33,083 bases of DNA from Chiloscyllium plagiosum (lineage: Eukaryota). Within the stretch, counting starts at the first letter, position 1; each line of letters opens with the position of its first letter. Below, in pieces: positions 11,294 through 23,400 of this stretch. The stretch is from assembly GCF_004010195.1 (NCBI RefSeq), contig NW_025213447.1, positions 1 to 33,083 of the forward strand. The letters are read 5' to 3'. The position numbers were made by a program, and so were the translations under genes. Under the pieces are notes generated by a model. That model ran no database searches. It was not told the DNA's origin and saw nothing but the letters and a program-made list of their open reading frames with translations.

Positions 11294-12022
11294 TTGTTAT
11301 TCCATGGTGTATTTTCTTTCTTTTCTGCTTGTGTTTGCGGTGCGGCTCGAGCTGGGAGGAGGGAAAATGGTTGGGGTGGCTAGATGCCTACTCTGGGCAG
11401 TTTATGCCCTGTTCAGATAGTTAAATACCGGGGCTGCAGTATTGGCAGCGGGATGGGGAGTTGGGTTTTGGGATGTGTAGATGCCCCCTTTGGGCAGGNN
11501 NNNNNNNNNNNNNNNNNNNNNNNNNNNNNNNNNNNNNNNNNNNNNNNNNNNNNNNNNNNNNNNNNNNNNNNNNNNNNNNNNNNNNNNNNNNNNNNNNNNN
11601 NNNNNNNNNNNNNNNNNNNNNNNNNNNNNNNNNNNNNNNNNNNNNNNNNNNNNNNNNNNNNNNNNNNNNNNNNNNNNNNNNNNNNNNNNNNNNNNNNNNN
11701 NNNNNNNNNNNNNNNNNNNNNNNNNNNNNNNNNNNNNNNNNNNNNNNNNNNNNNNNNNNNNNNNNNNNNNNNNNNNNNNNNNNNNNNNNNNNNNNNNNNN
11801 NNNNNNNNNNNNNNNNNNNNNNNNNNNNNNNNNNNNNNNNNNNNNNNNNNNNNNNNNNNNNNNNNNNNNNNNNNNNNNNNNNNNNNNNNNNNNNNNNNNN
11901 NNNNNNNNNNNNNNNNNNNNNNNNNNNNNNNNNNNNNNNNNNNNNNNNNNNNNNNNNNNNNNNNNNNNNNNNNNNNNNNNNNNNNNNNNNNNNNNNNNNN
12001 NNNNNNNNNNNNNNNNNNNNNN

Positions 12023-12367
12023 CTGTGTCCGTGTGCTTGTGAGAGTGTGTGTGTGTGTAGGAATATCTGTGTGTGTGTGTGTGTGTGTGTGTAGTGCAAT
12101 GGTGATCACCTGTAATGTGACATGGACCCCAGGTCCCGGTTGAGGCCCTCCCTATGGGTACCAAACTTAGCTATCAGCCTCTGCTCAGCCACTTTCCTCT
12201 GCTGCCTGTCCCGGTTTCCCCAATGTACTACCATGCCTCCGGGCATCCCTGCCTGCAACGTATAAGATAGACAACATTGGCTGAGTCACATGAGTACCTG
12301 CCATGTACAAGGTGGGAGGTGTCCCCACCTGTAATGGTGGTATCTATGTCCACAATCTGACACGTCT
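12023..12367 (-). pseudogene. Penelope-like GIY-YIG endonuclease remnant with (CA)n 3'UTR
   Basis: Manual translation: TCQIVDIDTTITGGDTSHLVHGRYSCDSANVVYLIRCRQGCPEAW*YIGET, then after a deletion RDRQQRKVAEQRLIAKFGTHREGLNRDLGSMSHYR* (VVY...YIG and GLN motifs). Confidence 0.8.
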
Positions 12368-12369
12368 GC

Positions 12370-12516
12370 ACTGCAACTGACAGGGTACCCTTCGTTGTTC
12401 AGTACTTCCCAGGGGCTGACAAACTACACCATGTTCTTTGTGACCTGCAACACATTATCAATGAGGATGAGCACCTCACCAAGACCTTCCCCACCTCCAC
12501 TACTCGCCTTTAAACA
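12370..12516 (+). pseudogene. Inverted upstream piece of the same PLE ORF (RT thumb/linker)
   Basis: TATDRVPFVVQYFPGADKLHHVLCDLQHIINEDEHLTKTFP resembles the PLE region preceding the Cys/GIY-YIG domain. Confidence 0.65.
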
Positions 12517-12615
12517 AACATATTAGTTTATGTAGTTTTTTTGTTCAATGGATCTTGTGACACTAAGGCTCGGCGATTTGTAATTCGAGTTCCTCCTCTC
12601 TAGAATCTAAATGTT

Positions 12616-12780
12616 ACATAGAACATAGAACAAAAACACAGAACAATACAGAACAATATGGCCCTTGATGTTGCACCGACCTGTAAACTAATTTAAGCTC
12701 GTCCCCCTACACTATCCCATCATCATCCATGTGCTTATCTAAGGATTGTTTAAATCTCCCTAACGTGGCTGAGTTAACTG
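12616..12780 (-). mobile_element. CR1 3' tail fragment just upstream of L1 ORF2
   Basis: Reverse complement of ~29693-29830 (TAGGGAGATTTAAACAATCCTTAGATAAGCACATGGATGATGATGGGATAGTGT); (CATAGAA)n tail. Confidence 0.8.
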
Positions 12781-12786
12781 CGGATT

Positions 12787-15700
12787 ATGGCTAATGACTT
12801 GATTAAATGGTGTACCTGGAAAATCAAGGGGAGTCACTCACCAATTCAGAGGAAGAAGGTACTTTTAAGTCTTAGAAAGGAGGAGATGAATATTGCTTTA
12901 TTACAGGAGACAATTTGGATGATGGGGAGTATTTGAAACTACAGCAGAATGGCTTTGATCGGGTTTACTTTTCATCTTTTAATACCAGAAGTAGGGGAGT
13001 GACTAAATTGGTTAGGAGGAATCTCTCATTTAAGTTAAAGACACACACGGGAGGTTTGTAATCCTCAAAGCCCTGATAAACGAGGACGAATATGGTGTTT
13101 TAAATGTTTACTGTCCTCCGGCCCATCCTCTCAAGTTTCTGGTAGATGCGTTCTCTAAATTGATCAGTCTCGAGTCTCGGCCTATCATTCTAGGGGCAGA
13201 TTTTAATTGCCTTATGGATCCCACAGTAGACAGGTTGCCCAAAGGCCCCCTGATACCCTCTGTCCAAACTAAACAATGAGTGGATCTGGGTGTGGCGTTA
13301 GGGTTAATGGACGTTTGGAGGAGTCGCCACCCTACAGGCAGGGATTTTACATTTTTTCCCAATCCACACAGATGTCCCACCAGGATTGAGTTTTTTCTGA
13401 CCCCCCCCTGTGGCAACCCTGGACTTGGTGGCATCTTGTACAATTGGTAATATTCCCATCTCCGATCACGCTCCAGTGTACCTGTTGGTTAAGATTAAGG
13501 ACACTATAGTGGGCCTGAGGCACAGCCGAATGGATCCCTTTATCCCTAAGGATAATACGTTTATGAAGTACTTCTCTAGGGAATTTATGGCGTTCCTAGA
13601 CATTAATTCAGGCTCAGTTAGTAGCCCGTCCGTCCTTTGGGAAACTACCATAGCCTATGCCAGGGGTTTAGTTATTTCCTACTCTGCCAGTAGGACGTGG
13701 CAGAAGGCCGAGCAGCAACATCTCCTCGAAGCACGGTTGAAGGCAGTTGAGATGGCTTACTCTGACAGGCCCTCATTGGCCAAGCTACAGAGGATTACGG
13801 CGCAGAGTCTGCATAGAATTCCGTGATCACACAGACAGCGAAGAAGGAGTTACTTTCACAAAACAAAGGTTGCGTGAGCATGGTGACAAACCGGGCAAGT
13901 ACCTCGCATATCTCACCAGGGAAAGGAGTGCCCCTCAAGCCATTACATCGATTAGGGAAGGTGCTGGGAAACTAAGATGTGATTCTAAAAAGATTAATGT
14001 GACATTTCAGAGATTTTACTCTGAATTATACCAATCTGAGGGTTGTGAGGAGGGGCGGGCCAACATGGAGTCCTTTTCCTAGGATCTGGAGCTCCCGGAC
14101 GTGACCCCTGAACAAGAGTCTTTTCTCAGTAGCCCCTTGTCAGAGCAAGAGCTGCAGGAGGCCGTGAGGCAACCTCAGAGTGGAAAGGCACCTGGTCCTG
14201 ATGAACTTCCCAGTGAATTCTATAAAGAATTTATAAGCAAAATATCAGGCCTGATGCTCAATATGTTCAATGACTCATACAGCCATGATCGTCTCCCGCC
14301 ATCTCAAAGAGAGGCCAATATTTCACTTATTCTTAAAAAAAGGGAAGCTCCTGGAGGACTGTGTTTCGTGCAGATCAATTTTACTCTTAAATGTTGACTT
14401 TAAAATCCTTTCTAAGACACTTGCACGAAGGCTGGAGACTTCATAAAGGGCCACAGATCCTCCAATAACGTTAGGAGGCTGCTTAATGTAATCCAAGCGT
14501 GTCATCACCAATCAATACAGGGATTGGTGATTTCTCTAGACGCAGAGAAGGCGTTTGACTGAGTTGAGTGGCCGTACCTTTTCTATACTCTGGAGCAGTT
14601 TGGTTTGGGTGAATCCTTTATATGATAGGTAAAGGTTCTCTCCAGTGGCCCTCTCGCTGCGGTCATCACCAATGGGGTACAGTCAAGCAATTTTAATATT
14701 TTTAGGGTCAGCCGGCAGGGCTGTCCCCTTTCACCATTGCTTTTTACGTTGGTGATTGAACCATTGGCGGAGGCCATTCGTAGGGATCCCAATATACTAG
14801 TTCCAGAAATGGGGTCACAATTACATAAGATTTCGTTGTACGCGGACGATGTCCTCATTTGTTTTGTCAAATCCAGCAGTTTTAGTGCCTCTCCTGATAC
14901 AGTACATCTGCACGTTTGGCAACTTTTCAGGGAACAAGATTAATTTTGCAAAGTTTGTGGGTGGCCTTACAAAGGGGCTAGGTCTTGAGGGCGAATCTCG
15001 GTTCCCGTTTAAGTGGTCACAGGGAGGTTTTGTGTATTTGAGAATATTCATCATTCCAGGTTCTTGATTGGTTGTTTAAAGTTAATTTTGTTCAATTATT
15101 TGACAAAATCAAACAAGACCTTCAAAGGTGGGAGGTGTTTCCGGTCTCATGGTTAGGTCGGATAGCGCTTATTAAGATGAATAGTCTCCCTGTTTGTTGT
15201 ACCCTATCTGGATGTTCCCCTCGGTCGTCAAGAAGTAAACATTCAGGAGACTGAACGGCTGGTTCAACTTTTTTATTTGGCATCATAAGTGGCCCTTTAC
15301 TAAATTAGTTAAACTGCAATTGCTTCACAGATTGGGGGGGAGTGGATCTCCCGGACATTAAAAACTATCAACTGAGCTCGCTTTTATCTTACGTGAGCGA
15401 TTGGGCTTGTGGGGAGCCTCTTTCAATACGGTTAGATATCAGAACCTCTCAGGCAAGGTACCCCCTTACTGACTTGCTGTTTTGGACAACATGAGGACAG
15501 TTAGGGACTATTACCACAACCCAATAGTTATCAATACTGTTAAAGCATGGAGAGCAATTCGGCAGAGGGAAGGCAATATTGGCAAAACATCTTCTCGTAC
15601 ACCTATAGTGGGTGTGCTGGGTTTTCAGCCTGGGATGATGGATTCAGGATTCAAACATCGGGCAGCTAGGGATGTGTCTTGCATGGGCGATTTATTTGAG

Positions 15701-16460
15701 GGAGACACAATGATGTCTTTTGATCAGTTAGTGCAGAAATACAAGCAATCTATGCTCCCTACAAATCTGACATCGGGATGAGGGTGCTCAGTGCTAAGAG
15801 TACATTTTCTGCCAGCACTCTATATCATCAACCGTGGGGGCAGCCCCTCAGATGAGTTTGATCGACCCTGCAGGGTGTGGGAGAGACAGCCAGGCATTGA
15901 GGTCTCCTCAGAGGCATGGGAAGATGTTTGGGAAAACGCAAGAAAGGTATCAACTTGCAACAGGGCCCATGCTTTACAGTTGAAGGTTCTCCACAGGGTC
16001 CACTTGGCTTTGGATTGTTTGTCAAGATTTAATCCCGGAGTATCTTCGACATGTCCCACATGCAAGGTCTGTACGGGCACTCCTACCCATTTTCTCTGGT
16101 CCTGTGGTAAGCCTCAAACGCACTGGAGCGCTGTGGCGGGTGCAATGGAGGGGATTTGGGGTGGAAGGGTGGGGAAGAACCCGATCTCTCTTCTTCTTGG
16201 CCTGACCAACGTTTCCCGAAGGATGTGCATAAGAAAAAAACTTTTCAACATCCTCACTTTCTGCACAAGAAAAAACATCTTGTTCGGTTGGGTATCTAAA
16301 AAAAACCCTGGGCCTGTCGGGTTGGTGGAAGATTGTTATGGAGCATATTCCCCTTGGATTTTCTCACAAATATGGTACACCACAAAACTGAGAATTTCTA
16401 CCAGACATGGCAGCCCTTTCTGGAATACCTGGACACAGATTTGTCTGCCACACCAGTAAG
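12787..16460 (+). pseudogene. L1 ORF2p remnant: APE endonuclease, reverse transcriptase, CCHC zinc knuckle
   Basis: MANDLIKWCTWKIKG...ALLQET; GADFN; ISDHAPV; GKAPGPD; SLDAEKAFD; RQGCPLSPLLF; YADD at 14839-14850; CPTC-x8-H-x4-C (CPTCKVCTGTPTHFLWSC); many frameshifts and stops. Confidence 0.9.
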
Positions 16461-16616
16461 GGCTTTTATATAGCCACATCGATTGTGCTTTATGAGTCCA
16501 ATATCCAGAGAGAGGCCACTGCAAACATATGAATATGTGAAAACTACTGCTCTCGATATTCAAGAGTGAGTGTTTTGTTTGGCTGGGCTGTGTTATTATT
16601 TATTTAGTTCTGTGGT

Positions 16617-16928
16617 TAGATTAGATTACTTACAGTGTGGAAACAGGCCCTTCGGCCCAACAAGTCCACACTGACCCTGCGAAGAGCATCCCACCCAGAC
16701 CCATTCCCCTACATTTACCCCCTTCACCTAACACTACAGGCAATTTAGCATGGCTAATTCACCTGACCTGCACATCTCTGGACTGTGGGAGGAAACCGGA
16801 GCACCCGGAGGAAACCCACGCAGACACGGGGTGATTGTGCAACCTCCAGACGGTCAGTCGCCTGAGGCGGGAATTGAACCCGGGTCTCTGGTGCTGTGAG
16901 GTAGCAGTGCTAACCACCATGCCACCCA
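16617..16928 (-). mobile_element. HE1/V-SINE-like SINE in the L1 3'UTR
   Basis: Reverse complement of 1308-1622, with a (TAATC)n tail. Confidence 0.9.
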
Positions 16929-17458
16929 GGGTTGGAGGTTTTTTTATGTATATTTTTCTATACATATTTATATAGTTGTACGTGAGGGCGGTTTGGATTT
17001 TTAACATTTTTTTGGTGTTCTTTCTTTGTATTGCTTTGAATTGTATTGTTTTGTATTTGTTGTAATTTTAAAAATTCTATTTTTCAATAAAAGTATATCT
17101 TTCAAACAAGAGGAGCCTCCTCTCTAAGAATCGCTGACTGTATGTCCCTTCTCTCCCTCTCCTTCCATACCATACATCCCTCTGCTGTTTCACAGCTCTT
17201 CTGTGGTCATGATGCAATGTTTAAGGCTGTGAGCAAACTCTTTCCTGCGTTCTTGTTTCTCTTCCACATTTCTAATGTTGGCGCAGTCACGTCAACAGAA
17301 CCCTCTTGTGAATCACACCTCGTTACAGGATGTGTTACTCTCCATTGAAATGGTTTTCCTGATTGCTCCACCTCTGAGTTTCTGAAATCTCTCTTCTGAA
17401 TCTCTGGCTACATCGAGGTACAGAGGAGAGACAGTCAAACCAATGTGGTCTGGTATTT

Positions 17459-17584
17459 ACACAGAGAATGCTGGTGAAACAGCAACTCTGAAAGAGCCTG
17501 GAAGCCAGACTGGAAATGTTAACTCTGAGTTTCTCCAGCATGTGTTAGTTTCAGATGCCCAGCCTCTGCAGTATTTTGCCTTAT
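17459..17584 (+). mobile_element. Old, internally deleted fold-back PLE-type insertion, 10-bp TSD
   Basis: TCTGGTATTT at 17449-17458 and 17585-17594; ATGCTGG...CCAGCAT inverted ends; tail like 11255-11290. Confidence 0.55.
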
Positions 17585-18104
17585 TCTGGTATTTCTATTT
17601 CTTACAATCCTCCACATGGAGACCCATCAATATATCTTTCTATTCTTTCCCTCTCACACATTCACCTAGTTTGCCCTTGAATGCACCAGTCTTACTCACT
17701 CTAACCAACCATTTTGACAGAGTTTCACATTCTAACCAGCCTCTGGATAAACAGTGCCTCTGAACACAAAGCTCACTAGCTCAGACTGAGAGGATATGGT
17801 AGTTTGGATAAATTCATTGAGGGTCAGTTTTATCCACGTGCAGTACCTGTGTAAAAACATTTTCCGTCAGGTCAAATAATCTGTGTCTGGTTCTTAACTT
17901 TTGGCTAAATAAGCCCCTGGAGACAAACAGGACAGAGAGGCTGAGTTTGGCCCCTCGATGCAGATTAAACATTGCAACAGTCCGTGCCTCAGTCACTAAT
18001 CAGGCTGAGGGGTCAGTCCCAGGTTTCTTAATTTAGGTGAAACAGGATGGAACTCATCACTGGCTTCTTCAACTAAACTGGCTCTTTCTTTTGATTTCCT
18101 CATT

Positions 18105-18410
18105 TGTGGGATGTGGGTGTCACTGGCTGGCCCAGCATTTATTGCCCATCCCTAATTGCCCAGAGGGCAGTTAAGAGTCAAGCACATTGCTGTGGGTCTG
18201 GAGTCACATGAAGGTCAGACCAGGTCAGGTTGGCAGATTACCCTCCTAAGGATATTAGTGAATGAGATGGGTTTTTCTGACAATTGACAATGGATTCATG
18301 GTCATCATTGGACCCTTAAATTTCTAGCATCTACCATGGTAAGATTTAAACCAGGGTCTCCAGGACATTACCTGGGCCTCTGGATTCATAGCCAAGTGAT
18401 AATAATAGAA
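18105..18410 (-). mobile_element. Deu-domain SINE (SacSINE1-like)
   Basis: CAGAGGGCAGTTAAGAGTCAA.CACATTGCTGTGGGTCTGGAGTCACATG core (reverse of the Deu domain), with a degenerate tRNA head near 18340-18400. Confidence 0.7.
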
Positions 18411-19004
18411 GTTACACTGAATCCCCAATCAGCTGCTTCCCACATTCCCAGGGAGTGTCCAGAGTGACTCTACAGCCATCGAGAGCAGGCAGACTGGCTA
18501 AATATACTCAGCCTGCCCTCAGTACTTTGAGGCCAATGCAACATTATGATTATCCCCTCACTTTGTGAGTTCACCATTACCCAAGGGTGGAGCTGAGGAT
18601 ACACTTGATTCTTATGGTGCAGAACAGAGTAGTTGCAGTTAGATTCAGACCCTGGAAGACTCTTAGCCTGAATCCTTACCCCAGCTCCATTATTCTGTTG
18701 ATGTGGAAGCAAAATGTCAGACTGGATCTAGTTTAAATCGAGTTGCAATCCCCTAATTCCTTTCTGCACCCGCCCTGGGCCAGGTACGGCCTGTGGTGAG
18801 GTGCTGAAGCCTATCTTTTACCATTGTGTTTGGCTGCAAGTGAGAGCAGGCCAGGAGATAATGACTGTGTTCCCTTCCCACAGTCCATGCTGATGCAGAG
18901 AATGGGAGGGGGACGGATGGAGCAGGCTGCCTGAGCTCTGTTACATTTTGTCACCTCCAGGCTGTCTGCATCTTCTGTGTTGTTTTGGATTGACAGCTGC
19001 TGTT

Positions 19005-19189
19005 TAGCTGGAAGTTTAGAACTAGTGTGAGGTGGGGGAAGGGGAAATGAGGGAACTGTTGAAGTCCACATTGATGCCCTGGGGTTGAAGTGTTCCGGGG
19101 TGGAAGATGAGGCATTCTTCCTCCAGGCGTCTGGTGGTGAGGGAGCGGCGGTGAAGGAGGCCCAGGACCTCCATGTCCTCGGCAGAGTG
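19005..19189 (-). pseudogene. PLE GIY-YIG C-terminal fragment
   Basis: HSAEDMEVLGLLHRRSLTTRRLEEECLIFHPGTLQPQGINVDFNSSLISPSP; the end matches 8191-8245. Confidence 0.75.
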
Positions 19190-19710
19190 TCCAACCCGTC
19201 CATGCCGACCAAATATCCTGACCTAATCTAGTCCCATTTGCCAGCACCTGGCCCATATCCCTTTGAGCCCTTCCTATTCATATACCCAACCAGATGCCTT
19301 TTAAATAATTCAATTGTACCAGCCTCCACCACTTCCTTTGGCAGCTCATTCCATATTCATACCACCCTCTGCATGAAAAAGTTACCCATTAGGTCCCTTT
19401 TATATCTTTCCCCTCTCACCTTAAACCTATGCCCTCTAGTTCTGGCCTCTCCCAACCCCAGGGAAAATTCTTTGTCTATTTATCCCATCGATGCACCTCA
19501 CGATTTTATAAACCTCTATAAGGTCACCCCTCACCCTCCGACGCTCCAGGGAAAACAGCCCCAGTCACTTCAGCCTGGCCCTATAGCTCATACCCTCCAA
19601 CCCTGGCAACATCCTTGTAAATCTTTTCTGAAGCCTTTCAAGTTACACAACATCCTTCCAACAGGAAGGAGACCAGAATTGCACACAATATTCCAAAAGT
19701 GGACAAACCA
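19190..19710 (-). mobile_element. CR1 LINE 3' fragment
   Basis: Reverse-complement homology to 28300-28815 (LEYCVQFWSP ... FFMQRVV). Confidence 0.88.
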
Positions 19711-19848
19711 ATTTTTGTTTTTAGTGGGAGATGTACAAAATGATTTTGTCTGATTGCCAAAAGTGGAATCAGTGAGGAATTTACATCATCTGTTTCTCTA
19801 AACTGAGTGGTTCAACTTTATAAATAAGGGCTGCATCTGGGACACATG

Positions 19849-20139
19849 ATTTGGAGATGCTGGTGTTGGACTGGGGTGTACAAAGTTCAAAAATCATACA
19901 ACACCAGGTTACAGTCCAACAGGTTTAATTGGAAGCACACTAGCTTTCGGAGCGACGCTCCTTCATCAGGTGATTGTGGAGGGCTCGATCGTAACACAGA
20001 ATTTATAGCAAAAATTTACAGTGTGACGTAACTGAAATTATACATTGGAAAATATCTTGATTGTCTGTTGAGTCTTTCATCTGTTCGAATACCATGATAG
20101 TTTCACTTCTTTCATGTGTAAATCACAAAACCTTTTTTT
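19849..20139 (-). mobile_element. PLE-type 3' end, second family (left arm of composite 19849-24622), runs into gap
   Basis: 19885-19985 is the reverse complement of 24536-24621 apart from a ~15-bp indel; intact hammerhead motif. Confidence 0.75.
19941..19969 (-). ncRNA. Minimal hammerhead ribozyme motif
   Basis: CAC-CTGATGA-A-GGAGC-GTC-GCTCC-GAAA-GC-TA-GTG: perfect 5-bp stem II, palindromic AGCT helix III, CAC/GTG stem I. Confidence 0.65.
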
Positions 20140-20602
20140 NNNNNNNNNNNNNNNNNNNNNNNNNNNNNNNNNNNNNNNNNNNNNNNNNNNNNNNNNNNNN
20201 NNNNNNNNNNNNNNNNNNNNNNNNNNNNNNNNNNNNNNNNNNNNNNNNNNNNNNNNNNNNNNNNNNNNNNNNNNNNNNNNNNNNNNNNNNNNNNNNNNNN
20301 NNNNNNNNNNNNNNNNNNNNNNNNNNNNNNNNNNNNNNNNNNNNNNNNNNNNNNNNNNNNNNNNNNNNNNNNNNNNNNNNNNNNNNNNNNNNNNNNNNNN
20401 NNNNNNNNNNNNNNNNNNNNNNNNNNNNNNNNNNNNNNNNNNNNNNNNNNNNNNNNNNNNNNNNNNNNNNNNNNNNNNNNNNNNNNNNNNNNNNNNNNNN
20501 NNNNNNNNNNNNNNNNNNNNNNNNNNNNNNNNNNNNNNNNNNNNNNNNNNNNNNNNNNNNNNNNNNNNNNNNNNNNNNNNNNNNNNNNNNNNNNNNNNNN
20601 NN

Positions 20603-22705
20603 TCATATAACATTACACACCTCCGTCATATAATGTTACACACCTCCATCATATAACATCACAAACCACCATCATATACCATTACACACCTCTGTCATAT
20701 AACATGACACACCTCTGTCATATAACGTTACGGACCTCCATCATATAACAGTACACACCACCGTCATATAGCATTACACACCTCCGCTATATAACGTTAC
20801 ACACCTCTGTCATATAACGTTATACACCTCCATCATATAACGTTACACACCTCCGTCATATAACGCTACACACCTCCGACATATAACATTACACACCTCA
20901 GTCATGTAAATAAAGGTCAATTGGTGCTGGGATGCCAGTTTCTGAAGAGCTATTTCAGTGCACACCTCCTTCATATAACATTACACACCTCCGTTATATA
21001 ACGTTACACACCTCCGTCATATAACGTTACACACCTCCGTCATATAACGTTATATACCCCATCATATAACATTACACACCTCCGTTATATAACGTTACAC
21101 ACCTCCGTCATATAACGTTATATACCCCATCATATAACGTTACACACCTCCGTCATATAACGTTATATACCCCATCATATAACGTTACACACCTCCGTCA
21201 TATAACGCTACACACCTCCGTCATATAACGTTACACACCTCCGTTATATAACGTTATATACCCCATCATATAACGTTACACACCTCCGTTATATAACGTT
21301 ACACACCTCCGTCAAATAACGTTACACACCTCCGTTATATAACGTTACATACCCCGTCATATAACGTTACACACCGCCGTTATATAACGTTACACACCTC
21401 CGTCATATAACGTTACACACCTTCGTCATATAACATTACACACCTCCATCATATAACATTACACACCTCCGTCATATAACGTTACACACCTCCAACATAT
21501 AACATTACACACCTCCGTCATATTACGTTACACACCTCCGTTATATAACGTTACACACCTCCGTCACATAACGTTACATACCCCGTCATATAACGTTACA
21601 CACCTCCGTCATATAACGTTACACACCTTCGTCATATAACGTTACACACCTCCGTCATATAACATTACGCACCTCCAACATATAACATTTCACTCCTCCA
21701 TCATATAACATTACACACCTCCGTCATATAACATTACACACCTCCAACATATAACATTACACACCTCCGTCATATAACGTTACACACCTCCGTTACATAA
21801 CATTACACACCTCCAACATATAACATTACACACCTCCAGCATATAACATTACACACCTCCATCATATAACATTACACACCTCCAATATATAACATTACAC
21901 ACCTCCGTCATATAACGTTGCACACCTTCGTCATATAACATTACACACCACCATCATATAACATTACACACCACACCTTCGTCATATAACGTTACACACC
22001 TCCGTCATGTACCATTACACACCCCCGTCATATAACGTTACACATCTCCGTCATATAACATTACACACCTCCGTCATATAACGTTACACACCTTCGTCAT
22101 ATAACATTACACACCACCATCATATAACATTACACACCACACCTTCGTCATATAACGTTACACACCTCCGTCATGTACCATTACACATCTCCGTCATATA
22201 CCATTACAAACCACCGTCATATAGCATTACACACCTCCGTCATATAAAGTTACACACCTCCGTCATATAACATTACACACCTCCGTCATATAACGTTACA
22301 CACCTCCGTTATATAACGTTACATACCCCGTCATATAACGTTACACATCTCCGTCATATAACATTACACACCTCCGTCATATAACATTACACACCACCAT
22401 CATATAACATTACACACCTCCATCATAAAACGTTACACACCTCCATCATATAACGTTACACACCCCCGTCATATAACATCACACACCTTAGTCATATAAC
22501 ATCACACACCTCCATCATATAACATTACACACCTCCATCATATAACATCACACACCTTAGTCATATAACATCACACACCTCCATCATATAACATTACACA
22601 CCTCCGTCATATAATATAATATACCTCCATTATATAACATAGTCCACCTCCATTATATAATATAATACACCTCCTTATATAACATTACACAGCTTCATTA
22701 TATTA
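20603..22705 (+). repeat. 23-bp minisatellite array (~90 copies), interrupted at 20905-20962
   Basis: Unit CATATAAC(G/A)TTACACACCTCCGT. Confidence 0.97.
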
Positions 22706-23400
22706 CCTCTCAATCTTTGCTGTGAGGAGAATAATCTTCAGTTCCTCCAATTGATCCATGTAACTAACCTCCCTAACCCACTGCCCTAAACCCCGTTCCA
22801 TTCCTGCAAGCCTTCTGGTAAATCTCTGCACTGAAATAGCTCTTCAGAGGCTGGCATCCCATCACCAATTGCCCTTTATTTACAAATGCATGGCTTGTGA
22901 CAATGGTACGGGCTGTCACTGAGTCAGACATTCAGGGGACCCGATATCCCCGACATTCATCCTGTTATGTCAGCAAGGGCTCCCTGATTGGACCAGATTG
23001 ACAGCCCCAATCTGGGAACACATTCCCTATGACATCCAGCCTGGCTGACCTCGTTACCATGACTACCCTCCCCAGGTCCCTCAGGTCTTCTCTAAACTGT
23101 ACTGGATACAACACTCTAATTGTGTCCGAAGCAGGGTTCTATTTTGGACCTGCCCCTCCCGTGTTGTATAAACCTATTGATCTGTGCTTTGAATTTTTCA
23201 GTCTGAGAAAGGTAAAGGTGAGGATTCCAGATTTCCAAAGTCCTTTGTTTGAAGCAATGATTAATGACATCACCTTGAATATAGTCATCGAGGTCAACAG
23301 CATGGAAACTGGCCCTTCGGCCCAACCTGCCTGTGGCTGCCCAGTTTTCACAATTTAGACTAATCCCATTTGGTTGCACTTGACCCATAACCCTCCATAA
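22706..23400 (-). mobile_element. Decayed CR1 fragments hosting the solo LTR
   Basis: ...GTAAATCTCTGCAC | CCTCCCCAGG... rejoins across the LTR into a typical CR1 antisense sequence; a separate CR1 3' tail lies at ~23290-23400. Confidence 0.5.
22832..23067 (-). mobile_element. Probable Gypsy-type solo LTR
   Basis: Minus strand: GTAGTC... start, CCAATCAG box, TGTAAATAAAG poly(A) signal, ...CTATTTCA end; ~235 bp interrupting a CR1 remnant; no clear TSD. Confidence 0.55.

Larger units (their letters stand above)
9610..17100 (+). mobile_element. Near-full-length decayed L1-clade LINE (5'UTR, ORF1, long spacer, ORF2, T-rich 3'UTR)
   Basis: YY1-like CAAGATGGTGGCG at 9620-9632; ORF1 and ORF2 remnants collinear; AATAAA at 17086-17091; no clear TSD or poly(A). 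Confidence 0.88.

Noticed and set aside
9580..17130. TSD flanking the L1
   Set aside because: Only a 5-6 bp AGAGGA match near both ends; insufficient to call.
6607..20656. Long ORFs containing X runs
   Set aside because: Artefacts of translation through N gaps.
20603..22705. CRISPR-like array (23-bp repeats with one foreign 'spacer')
   Set aside because: Units are head-to-tail with no unique spacers, there are no cas genes, and the context is eukaryotic; this is a minisatellite.
22974..23013. Similarity of the LTR (AGGGCTCCC, CCAGATTGACA) to the 49-bp minisatellite unit
   Set aside because: Only two 9-11 bp matches with different spacing; not distinguishable from chance.
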